DNA from: Candidatus Pacearchaeota archaeon
Lineage (GTDB): Archaea; Nanobdellota; Nanobdellia; Pacearchaeales; GW2011-AR1
DNA: 53,737 bases
Direction: 5' to 3'
NCBI GenBank assembly: GCA_017609885.1
Contig: JAFCDB010000006.1
Coordinates: 1 to 53,737 of the forward strand
Position numbers and translations under genes: made by a program. Shown one piece after another: positions 1 to 7,177 of the stretch. The notes beneath the pieces were generated by a model. The model was not told the DNA's origin. It made no database searches and worked only from the letters and a program-made list of their open reading frames with translations. The number at the start of each line of letters is the position of its first letter. Within the stretch, counting starts at the first letter, position 1.

Positions 1-225
1 AACATATGAAAAGTTGGGTGTACCTTTAAAATTTGATAAGAAAATTTACCATCAACGAAGTAAAGTAGAAACTGTTTTTTCCGTGATTAAAAGAAAGTAT
101 GGGAGTTTTGTTTTAAGCAGATCATTTGAAACTCAGAAAAGAGAATTGTTGTTGAGATTAGTAGCCTATAATATTGATAGAAAATTGATACTTTCTATTT
201 TTGTTTTGAGGGTTTCACCAAAGCC
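1..225 (+). mobile_element. Right end of an IS5/IS4-family insertion sequence, truncated by the window edge. The terminal inverted repeat is at 209-225.
   Basis: The transposase C-terminus runs into AGGGTTTCACCAAAGCC (209-225). This is the exact reverse complement of GGCTTTGGTGAAACCCT at 53624-53640, at the other end of the window. Confidence 0.7.
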
Positions 226-274
226 TCTATTAGAAAGTTTTATAAATAATTTATCTTTCTATTTATATGAATAA
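2..274 (+). CDS. DDE transposase, IS5/IS4 family, C-terminal fragment (5' end outside the window). The reading frame continues through the IS terminus into flanking DNA.
   Basis: The translation contains YHQRSKVETVFSVIKRKYG...LVAYNIDR, i.e. the YxxRxxxE plus (V/A)xN(I/L)xR tail typical of DDE_Tnp_1 transposases. Confidence 0.7.
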   Translation, partial: TYEKLGVPLKFDKKIYHQRSKVETVFSVIKRKYGSFVLSRSFETQKRELLLRLVAYNIDRKLILSIFVLRVSPKPLLESFINNLSFYLYE

Positions 275-836
275 AAAAGAGTGGGCGATAGTAGTTAGTT
301 TAGTAATTTTTGTCAGTATTATTTCTTCTTTTATTTCTTCTAAAATTATCTTGGATAACACTAATAACGGATTTCAGAGAGTTCATGAAAGAATTGATGA
401 AATAAAATACTCAACAGACCAAATAAAAGAGGATAATCAAGGTAAACCAATCATAGAATATAATCATGAAAATGGAAGTTTTGGATATTATTTTGGAAAT
501 GGTTTCTTAAACACTTATTACAATGATTCTAATCGCATTCAAAAATCATTTTTATATCCAGATAGGATTGGTTTAAATGATAAATCTTTTGATTCAAGTT
601 ATGATGGTCAAACATTTGCCACAATCATGACTCCAAAAGGCATACAAATCTCAGAATTTGATGAAGAAACAAACATACATACTACTACGTGGATTCATAA
701 TAAAGAAATTATAATTAATGGATATGTTTGTAAACCAAAAGAGATGACAATAGGCAACATTACTTTTAGTTCTTTGATTTGTGAATATACTGGAGAATCA
801 ATATCTCAATATGATGATGAAGGTAATTTAATTTAA
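267..836 (+). CDS. Hypothetical protein with an N-terminal membrane anchor
   Basis: 189-aa ORF with the hydrophobic N-terminus WAIVVSLVIFVSIISSFISS. No recognisable family motif. Confidence 0.5.
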   Translation: MNKKEWAIVVSLVIFVSIISSFISSKIILDNTNNGFQRVHERIDEIKYSTDQIKEDNQGKPIIEYNHENGSFGYYFGNGFLNTYYNDSNRIQKSFLYPDRIGLNDKSFDSSYDGQTFATIMTPKGIQISEFDEETNIHTTTWIHNKEIIINGYVCKPKEMTIGNITFSSLICEYTGESISQYDDEGNLI

Positions 837-899
837 AATTCTTTCTTCTTAAGGTTTAATTCCCCCGCCTCTCCCGGTCAGGGCGTTTTATAAAATCAT

Positions 900-1187
900 T
901 CAACAACCACTCTCTCTCCTCCCAAAAATCCCCCTTAAATTCCCTCTTATTACTGGCCCAATACTTCTAATTCTCAACTCATCCAAATTTCCATGTTTTC
1001 TATAATATTTTTGAATATTTTCCGAAGCTGTTGCAATTATTCTTGTAATTTTTTGGCGATAATTAGATGAACCAGAAAATCTCCCAAAGTTTTGTGAAAA
1101 ATATTCTTCTGCCAATCTTCTATTTTCTTCATAAGGAATATCTAATTCATCAAGAAGTTCTTTCAGTGTTTTTACTCTAGAAGGCAT
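900..1187 (-). CDS. Hypothetical protein
   Basis: 95-aa ORF that overlaps the upstream membrane-protein ORF by 11 nt, suggesting an operon. No recognisable motif. Confidence 0.4.
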   Translation of the reverse strand: MPSRVKTLKELLDELDIPYEENRRLAEEYFSQNFGRFSGSSNYRQKITRIIATASENIQKYYRKHGNLDELRIRSIGPVIRGNLRGIFGRRESGC

Positions 1188-1425
1188 TTTCCCTCCAGGA
1201 AATAAAACTTACGACTGAGATGAATAAGAGTGAAAAAATAATTGTTTTTTTGTATTCTGTATTTAGATTAATGAATAGAGTGATTATTGCGAGGGTCGGG
1301 GTTGTGATTGACAATATTTTGAAATATTTTTTTCCCTGTTTAAGTTCTTCTTTTGTGAAATAATTTAGTATGTATCCTATTGGGATTGCAGAGAGCAAAA
1401 TCAAAATTGCGAATAGTGTTTTCAT
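1177..1425 (-). CDS. Small integral membrane protein
   Basis: 82-aa ORF with three hydrophobic segments. An AAACTTTTAAAGC promoter-like box lies about 25 nt upstream on the minus strand. Confidence 0.5.
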   Translation of the reverse strand: MKTLFAILILLSAIPIGYILNYFTKEELKQGKKYFKILSITTPTLAIITLFINLNTEYKKTIIFSLLFISVVSFISWRENAF

Positions 1426-1470
1426 AATTTATTTAAATTAAGGAGCTTTAAAAGTTTTGTTGAGAGGATT

Positions 1471-1682
1471 GGATTTGGTGAGTCCATAAAATTGGACATT
1501 TTTTCAATTCCCTACTCACCTGCCCAACATTGCTCGACAGCGAAATCGCTCGATATTTTGAGCTTGCCATCTGCAAAAGCCCCGCCAGCCACCCTTCAAA
1601 TGCTCGTGATTTCGCTTGAGCCGTCTCGCAATGTCAATTTGTAATGAGAAAAATGTCTTGTGATAAAAGATTTCACCAAATC
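1471..1682. repeat. MITE-like element (family A) whose termini resemble the IS termini
   Basis: Outer inverted repeat GGATTTGGTGAG...GATTTCACCAAATC. Inner inverted repeat GACATTTTTTCAATT / AATGAGAAAAATGTC. A shorter, internally deleted copy lies at 32857-32972. Confidence 0.55.
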
Positions 1683-1738
1683 TAAAATAGATAAATTTAA
1701 ATACTAATATTAGTATTATATGAGTATTGGATAAAAAG

Positions 1739-1903
1739 ATGGTTGTGAAAAGAGTGAAATTTGGGCAGTTGAAAATTCAGAAGCTTAATCGGGTTGCTCT
1801 GCCAAGTTCTTTGCTTGAAAATCTTGAACTGGAAATTGGAAATGAAGTTGAGTTATTTTTAGATATTGAAAAGGGGGAAATTGTGATTCGGAAAAATGAA
1901 TAA
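1739..1903 (+). CDS. AbrB/SpoVT-type small DNA-binding protein (54 aa; below the ORF-track cutoff)
   Basis: Translation is MVVKRVKFGQLKIQKLNRVALPSSLLENLELEIGNEVELFLDIEKGEIVIRKNE, which fits the swapped-hairpin AbrB pattern (xxVxLPxxLxxxLxIxxGxxVxxxxxxxxIVIRK). Its stop overlaps the ATG of the next gene (ATGAATAA). A TATA-like box GATAAATTTAAATAC lies upstream. Confidence 0.5.
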   Translation: MVVKRVKFGQLKIQKLNRVALPSSLLENLELEIGNEVELFLDIEKGEIVIRKNE

Positions 1904-3890
1904 GAAATTTTTTGTTTTGGTTTTTTGTTTGGTTTTTTTATTTTCTGTATTTGCGATTTCAGCTTTTCAAGGCAGTTCAACAAATTATAATTCGAGCAAT
2001 AAGGTTGATTCAGTTACAAAGACAAATGTTTCTTCGACAAGTTTTACAGAGAGATTTATTGGGGGAATTGCTTATATTGGAGAGTATCTTGTAAACTTAA
2101 TGTCAGGGAGATTTGGAATTTTGCAGAAAGATACTGATATAAATCTCTCGATTAATGTGACTTTTCCCTTAAATGAGGGAGATGTTCCGAGGGGAAATGA
2201 TGCTGTTGCTGGCGAGGATGACAAGGGGGTTGTTCCAGATGCGATTAATTTCACAGCGAAAGTTTATGAAGATGGAACAGATAGTGGTTTTTTAGGAGCC
2301 ATGTGTTACTTTTATGAAAGTGATGTTTTGATAGGAAATTCTTCTACAAATTCTTCAGGACATTGTATGACCAACTTTACCAGGGATAGTTTGTCTGTGG
2401 GCACACGGAATTTAACTGTTAACTATTCAATTATAAGTTCTGATGTGTTGGTTGTTGAGAATTATTCAATCAATTACTCGATTGTTCGTTATGTTACTGC
2501 GCTTGATATGTTGCAATTAAGAAATAATGGAAGATATTATCATGGTGATACTGCGATTTTAAATATTACGATTAATAAAATAAATCAGAGCGGAACTTTT
2601 GTTTATGATCCTCAGAATATAAGTGCAAATGCGACAAACGCGGCGGAAAAAGTTTACTCAGGAGGTGATAAATTTTATCCTGGCGGAGGAATTGAAAGGA
2701 TGGGTATTGGGAAATATACAACGAATGTTAGTGCGAATCATAGTTTTGGTGCGCAGTTGAGATGGGATGTATGGTTGAGTAATGATGGTTTTGCTTCATA
2801 TGTGGGAAGTGCAGTTCATTCTGATAAGGAAATTTGTTTGGCGGATTTCGGGGCGTGGAGTGATTGGAGTGCTTGTGTTTCTGGAGTTCAGACAAGGACA
2901 AGAATTGATAGCAGTAGTTGTTCTGAAGTTGAAACGCAAAGTTGCGGAGGTGGTGGAGGCGGAGGAGGCCCTCCTTGTGTTCCAAGCTGGAGTGATTGGG
3001 GAGAATGGGGAGATTGTTTGAATAATGAACAAATAAGGTCGAGGAGTGATGGGTGCGGAAGTACTGAAAGGGAATTTCGCCCCTGCGAATGCGAACCAGA
3101 TTGGCAATGTAGTGAATGGGGAGATTGTATTGGCAATACACAAAAAAGAACGTGTGTTGATGTTAATGGATGCGGAATTGACAGTGGAAAGCCTGAAGAA
3201 ATTATGCTATGCAGGGATTGTGAACCAGAATTTACATGCGAACAATGGAGTGAGTGTAATGTGAATTATGATATTCAAGATATTTTGAAAGGGAAGGTTG
3301 GTTTTGAAGGAAGTCAGAGGAGAGAGTGTATTGACTACACAAACTGCGCAGAGAGCAAAATTGAATGGAAAAGCTGTAGTTTGGCTTCTCCTGTTAGGAT
3401 AAATAAGGTAAAGTGGTGTTACGAAGATTATATTGAAATTTATGAAATTAGTTCAAATAAACTTGTTAGTAGAGTTAAGGAAACTTCGTTGGAAGTAGTT
3501 AGGAGGTTGGATATTGATTTTGTAATAACAGATTTTGAGGGGTATTGCGGTTATTGTTTTGATGGAGTTCAAAATTATGACGAGGAAGATGTTGATTGTG
3601 GTGGCAGTGGCTGTCCTGAATGTGTTGTAAGAAAAACTTATGTTGATTACTTCTATTATTTGAAATGGTCGTTGTGGTGGCTTTTGGGATTGTTGATTAT
3701 TTTCTTAGTTATTAAGAGAATAAAGGAAGAGAAGAAGAAAAGGAAAGGAAAATGGTTTTTGTTTGGAAAGAGAAGGAGAAAAGTTGCTAAGAAACGCGAA
3801 TTTAAGAGATTGAAATTTCCTTCGATAAAAATTGGGAAGATGACTGTTGAAAAGAATTTGAAAAGGGTTAGGAGAAGGAGGAGGAAATAG
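1896..3890 (+). CDS. Large cell-surface protein with four Cys-rich thrombospondin-type-1-like repeats
   Basis: Signal/anchor sequence FFVLVFCLVFLFSVFAISA. More than 15 NxS/T sequons. Repeats are WSDWSACVSGVQTRTR, WSDWGEWGDCLNNEQIRSR, CSEWGDCIGNTQKRTC and CEQWSEC...SQRREC. The C-terminal TM segment LWWLLGLLIIFLVI is followed by a poly-K/R tail. Confidence 0.8.
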   Translation: MNKKFFVLVFCLVFLFSVFAISAFQGSSTNYNSSNKVDSVTKTNVSSTSFTERFIGGIAYIGEYLVNLMSGRFGILQKDTDINLSINVTFPLNEGDVPRGNDAVAGEDDKGVVPDAINFTAKVYEDGTDSGFLGAMCYFYESDVLIGNSSTNSSGHCMTNFTRDSLSVGTRNLTVNYSIISSDVLVVENYSINYSIVRYVTALDMLQLRNNGRYYHGDTAILNITINKINQSGTFVYDPQNISANATNAAEKVYSGGDKFYPGGGIERMGIGKYTTNVSANHSFGAQLRWDVWLSNDGFASYVGSAVHSDKEICLADFGAWSDWSACVSGVQTRTRIDSSSCSEVETQSCGGGGGGGGPPCVPSWSDWGEWGDCLNNEQIRSRSDGCGSTEREFRPCECEPDWQCSEWGDCIGNTQKRTCVDVNGCGIDSGKPEEIMLCRDCEPEFTCEQWSECNVNYDIQDILKGKVGFEGSQRRECIDYTNCAESKIEWKSCSLASPVRINKVKWCYEDYIEIYEISSNKLVSRVKETSLEVVRRLDIDFVITDFEGYCGYCFDGVQNYDEEDVDCGGSGCPECVVRKTYVDYFYYLKWSLWWLLGLLIIFLVIKRIKEEKKKRKGKWFLFGKRRRKVAKKREFKRLKFPSIKIGKMTVEKNLKRVRRRRRK

Positions 3891-4113
3891 GGGGGGAAGG
3901 GAAAAATTTTTGCCTCCGCGGTCGGCAAAAATTCTAGGAAATAAGTTAATGCTAAAAATCTGATTATAATTTTCACTACTATTGATTATATTAGTATCTA
4001 GTTGTTTATCTAAAAAAGATTGCTTTAGAGATTTGCAGAATTTCCCTAAATTTTTTCCGAACCCTGGGGAAAAAATTAATATATCGAGCGAAGCAAGCAA
4101 TTTTCCCCTTCCC
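3891..4113 (+). repeat. Family-B intergenic repeat, copy B1 (internally deleted)
   Basis: Shares CGGCAAAAATTCTAGGAAATAAGTTAATGCTAAAAAT, AGTTGTTTATCTAA and TCGAGCGAAGCAAGCAATTTTCC with the copies at 17625-17972 (reverse orientation) and 51067-51329. It begins immediately after the stop codon at 3890. Confidence 0.6.
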
Positions 4114-4144
4114 TCAAAAATTCAAAATTTTGATTGAATAAATC

Positions 4145-4717
4145 CTACAAAAACCTAGAGGGGCGCGGTGCGGTTTTTGTTATAATAAATCTCTTTCCCC
4201 GAGATGATTCTATTGCAGTGATTATCATGTTGTTTACAATTGCTTTAAACATTCCGCCAATTCGCGGAATTCTTGATTTAGTTGAAAAAAAATCCAGGAT
4301 TCCTTCAATGTCTTCGTTATCTAAAACCACTCGAACTGGAAATCTTTGTCTGCCTCTTTTTAAAATTATAAATTTTCCAGGGCCAGGACATTCAATGCTT
4401 GCAATTGAGCGATTGTAGAGTATCTGCTCGATTTTTCCCAGATTTGCGTCAGGGTCTTCTTGAATTTGTTGTTGTTCGGGTTGAACTTCTGGTTGAACTG
4501 GGATTTGAATTTGAGACTTTGGTTGTTCGTAAGGAATTTGTAAAGAGATTTTTTGAGGTTCTTCAATCTTCTCCTGCTCCATTATTTTTTTAAGTTCTTG
4601 TTTTATTTTTTCTGTTTTTCTTTTTTTTTCTTTAATTCTTTGGACATCATATGGATCGATTGAATTAAGAAGGAGTTCTTTTGTAAATTGTTCTAAAAAA
4701 TAATTTTGTAGAGCCAT
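4145..4717 (-). CDS. Hypothetical protein. The C-terminal half looks by eye like the N-terminal domain of type II/IV secretion (PilB/FlaI-type) ATPases, but no ATPase core is present.
   Basis: 190-aa ORF. The segment LGKIEQILYNRSIASIECPGPGKFIILKRGRQRFPVRVVLDNEDIEGILDFFSTKSRIP resembles the T2SSE_N pattern. No Walker motifs are present. Confidence 0.5.
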   Translation of the reverse strand: MALQNYFLEQFTKELLLNSIDPYDVQRIKEKKRKTEKIKQELKKIMEQEKIEEPQKISLQIPYEQPKSQIQIPVQPEVQPEQQQIQEDPDANLGKIEQILYNRSIASIECPGPGKFIILKRGRQRFPVRVVLDNEDIEGILDFFSTKSRIPRIGGMFKAIVNNMIITAIESSRGKRFIITKTAPRPSRFL

Positions 4718-4718
4718 T

Positions 4719-5090
4719 TTAAAGTCGCGGAATGAGTTTTGGTCTTATCATTGGCTGGGGTGTTTGAGTGGGTCTGTCTCTGATTCTTTCTTCCATTAGT
4801 GTCAGGCCTTTTGCAATTACTTTATTTTGGTCAATTAACTGGTCGAGTTTTTCCAAAAATGCTTTGTCTTCTTTACTTATTTGTGTTCCTTGTTTTTCTA
4901 CAAATGATTTTGCAGAAACTTCAAATAAGGCGAGCAATTTTGAAATTTCTCCTGACATTGTCTCGAATTTTACTGAGAGGTCTGCGAGGACTTTTTGCAA
5001 TACAATAAAATTTTCTAATAGTAGTTTTTCAATTTGTGTTTGTGATTTTTTTCTTGGTTTTCTTTTTGTTGTCTTTTTTTTTGGGGGCAT
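4719..5090 (-). CDS. Hypothetical protein with a basic N-terminus and coiled-coil character
   Basis: 123-aa ORF starting MPPKKKTTKRKPRKK. It ends 2 nt before the next gene, consistent with an operon. Confidence 0.5.
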   Translation of the reverse strand: MPPKKKTTKRKPRKKSQTQIEKLLLENFIVLQKVLADLSVKFETMSGEISKLLALFEVSAKSFVEKQGTQISKEDKAFLEKLDQLIDQNKVIAKGLTLMEERIRDRPTQTPQPMIRPKLIPRL

Positions 5091-5093
5091 TTT

Positions 5094-5258
5094 TTATGTT
5101 CTCTTTATGTAAATGATTTCAACGATTACAGAGAAAATCAAGGCGGTGATTGCCAAGTTTATATCTCCTTCATTGAAACATGCGGTGTTTAGTGTTCTTA
5201 GTCCTATTAAGACTATCACTGCAAAATTTACTAATAAAGACAAGACTTTTAATTTCAT
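5094..5258 (-). CDS. Small membrane protein (54 aa), hand-called
   Basis: The frame closes exactly (165 nt). Hydrophobic segments are present. The stop lies 3 nt from the ATG of the 4719-5090 gene. Confidence 0.3.
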   Translation of the reverse strand: MKLKVLSLLVNFAVIVLIGLRTLNTACFNEGDINLAITALIFSVIVEIIYIKRT

Positions 5259-5381
5259 TTAAATTACTCCGAATGTCCTTAATAGTAACGCGATTATAAT
5301 TATTATTCCAATGGCCCATAGTATTTTTTCTAAATTCCTGTCAAACCAACCTCTTTTTTTCTTCACACTCTTTTTTTCCAT
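5259..5381 (-). CDS. Small membrane protein (40 aa), hand-called
   Basis: Translation is MEKKSVKKKRGWFDRNLEKILWAIGIIIIIALLLRTFGVI. It directly abuts the next ORF, and a TATA box lies about 25 nt upstream. Confidence 0.3.
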   Translation of the reverse strand: MEKKSVKKKRGWFDRNLEKILWAIGIIIIIALLLRTFGVI

Positions 5382-5399
5382 ATTAATATTAAGGGAGGG

Positions 5400-5550
5400 G
5401 AATTTATAAAGTTATTGTCAGAAAAATTTTTGAAATATGCATGGGGGCTTTTAACACCGAGCCTAGTTTGTCTCCTTGATTTATTAGGCAGACTCTCTAG
5501 CACCAATGCGTTAATTAAAATAAGATTCTTGAATTTATAAAGTTATTGTC
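5400..5550 (-). repeat. Perfect 20-bp direct repeat, GAATTTATAAAGTTATTGTC, at 5400-5419 and 5531-5550. It represents a duplicated BRE/TATA promoter box.
   Basis: On the minus strand the first copy reads GACAATAACTTTATAAATTC and sits about 20-25 nt upstream of the ATG at 5381. The second copy lies 131 bp further upstream. Confidence 0.6.
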
Positions 5551-5699
5551 GTGGGAGTTTTGAAAGAATGGAAATTTTGCAATTCTAAGATGTGGGTCTA
5601 GGACGATAAATTAATAAAATTACCAGTTTTTCAAAAAACTACCTTCAATCAGTTTCATAACTTTACTTCCTTTGTCATTATCTTTTATTACCATTAATT

Positions 5700-5870
5700 C
5701 AGGTGTGCTACACTCTTGACGATTTACCTACAAAAGAAAGAGAGGTTAATTCATTGATAAAATCAAGTGTAAAGTTAAAATGTAATAATTTGATTGTTAT
5801 AACCATGAATTATGAAAAAGAAGAAAATCTAGATGGGAAAAAGATTAAATTTATTCCTGTGTGGAAATGA
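5700..5870 (+). pseudogene. C-terminal remnant of an AAA-type ATPase (COG1373/DUF4143-like)
   Basis: The frame reads ...TLDDLPTKEREVNSLIKSSVKLKCNNLIVITMNYEKEENLDGKKIKFIPVWK*. An ending of (I/V)xFIPVWKW-type is typical of that family. No start codon or N-terminal ATPase part is present. Confidence 0.35.
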
Positions 5871-5887
5871 TTATTAGTTAATTAGAT

Positions 5888-6694
5888 TTACAACCGTAAC
5901 TTCCCTGTCTGCCAATCTCGAATAATCTGAATCGCTACGCGATTTTCATCAATCACCCCTCCTTTTTTTACAAATCCTTTTTTCTTTGCTATTTGTTTTA
6001 TTATTTCATTAGGATTTTTTGATTTTGTTTGGATTTTGTAAAAATTTACGAGGGATTTTTTGTTTTCAAAAAGTTTTATAATTATGTGTGCAACAACTTC
6101 CAACTCTTTTATTTTCTCAGCGTTTTTTGAGCCGATTAATGCGTATCTGATTTCATCATCTTGTTTTAAGGGGATAATTCCTGGTGAGTCTATGATTGAA
6201 AGTTTTTCTGATGAAATCCATTGCTGTCCTTTTGTTGTTCCTGCTCGCGAAGTTACTTTTGCTTTTTTTCTTAATGTTAGTGCGTTGATTACTGAAGATT
6301 TTCCTGTGTTTGGATAACCAACAATGCCAATTCTGAAAATTTTTTCTTTTTTAGTTAATCTTGTTAAATAATCTCTTAGTCTTTTTGTTCCGATTTTTTC
6401 TTTGCTTGAAATGATGAATGTTGGAGTGATTTTATTTAGTTCTCTGAATTTTTTTCTTAGAAATTTTTCTGAAACAAGGTCTGATTTATTTAAAATGAAA
6501 ATTAATTTTTTGTTTTTTTCTTTGATTAGCTTTTCAAGTTCTTTGTTTCTTGATAGTTCTGGTATTCGTGCGTCTAGAATTTCCAGGACAACATTGCTTT
6601 TTTCAATTACATCTTCGATTACTTTCCAATATGGAGTTATGTTTGTGTCTTTTGTTATTTTCGGGCGGTTTGCTTTGAATGTTTTGTTTATCAT
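5888..6694 (-). CDS. Circularly permuted ribosome-biogenesis GTPase (YlqF/RbgA, MMR1_HSR1 family)
   Basis: G4 (LNKSDL) precedes G1 (GYPNTGKSSVINAL) and G3 (DSPG). Confidence 0.8.
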   Translation of the reverse strand: MINKTFKANRPKITKDTNITPYWKVIEDVIEKSNVVLEILDARIPELSRNKELEKLIKEKNKKLIFILNKSDLVSEKFLRKKFRELNKITPTFIISSKEKIGTKRLRDYLTRLTKKEKIFRIGIVGYPNTGKSSVINALTLRKKAKVTSRAGTTKGQQWISSEKLSIIDSPGIIPLKQDDEIRYALIGSKNAEKIKELEVVAHIIIKLFENKKSLVNFYKIQTKSKNPNEIIKQIAKKKGFVKKGGVIDENRVAIQIIRDWQTGKLRL

Positions 6695-6716
6695 GTTTTA
6701 GAAAGGGAGAGGGAAG

Positions 6717-7097
6717 TTATAAGTTTTGGTATTGTTTTAGAATTCTCGGCAAATAAGTTTCATCAAACCATATTTCATCTTTATCAGGAGTTAAAGCTCT
6801 GTCTTGTCTGAATTTTTTTGGGCGATGATATATTCTGCCTTTATCGCCTGGTTTAAAATTTCCTTTGTCACTTGAAATTGCAAATGCTTTATACCTTAAT
6901 CTATCTGAACTTGGAATTCTCGCTTCACATAATATATCTTCTTCATCACATGGAGCTAATGTATTCCTAATTCTTTGAGCTATTCTATTTATCTCTGTTT
7001 GTTCATTTAAAATAAAAAATGTCCATCTATGCCTCAATGAAATCTGGTCGCCTGTATCTGTTTCCATGTTGTATTTTATCTGTCGTAAATTTCCCAT
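6717..7097 (-). CDS. Hypothetical protein
   Basis: 126-aa ORF with its own TATA-like box (AAAAATTTAAACCC on the minus strand). No recognisable motif. Confidence 0.45.
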   Translation of the reverse strand: MGNLRQIKYNMETDTGDQISLRHRWTFFILNEQTEINRIAQRIRNTLAPCDEEDILCEARIPSSDRLRYKAFAISSDKGNFKPGDKGRIYHRPKKFRQDRALTPDKDEIWFDETYLPRILKQYQNL

Positions 7098-7142
7098 TTC
7101 TAGTTAATTAATTTAGGGTTTAAATTTTTTTCTATGTTCATA

Positions 7143-7158
7143 GCAATGTTTAAAAACC
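7143..7158 (+). promoter_or_regulatory. BRE/TATA-like promoter box upstream of rps12
   Basis: GCAATGTTTAAAAACC ends about 20 nt before the ATG at 7178. It matches the recurrent AAC(A/T)TTTTTAAA box seen before many genes here. Confidence 0.4.
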
Positions 7159-7177
7159 AATTTTTCTGAACTATAGT

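Noticed and set aside
2941-2970. The poly-Gly coding run (GGAGGTGGTGGAGGCGGAGGAGGCCC) as a slipped-strand contingency locus
   Set aside because: The codons are mixed (GGA/GGT/GGC), so it is not a true homopolymer or simple repeat. Any length change of 3 nt would stay in frame.
2072-4100. Many 60-137-aa ORFs antisense to, or out of frame within, the surface-protein gene and the B1 repeat (2072-2254, 2728-3141, 2796-3143, 2888-3136, 3656-3976, 3705-4100, among others)
   Set aside because: They are low-complexity and nested in a long ORF with clear domain structure, or lie in a non-coding repeat. They have no start context or motifs. The same reasoning applies to nested ORFs inside EF-2, EF-1alpha, rpoB, rpoA, the helicase, infB and other long genes.
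5400-5550. Possible CRISPR repeat (20-bp perfect direct repeat)
   Set aside because: There are only two copies, the spacing is 131 bp, and the repeat is an A/T-rich TATA-box sequence. There are no cas genes. No CRISPR-like array occurs anywhere in the window.
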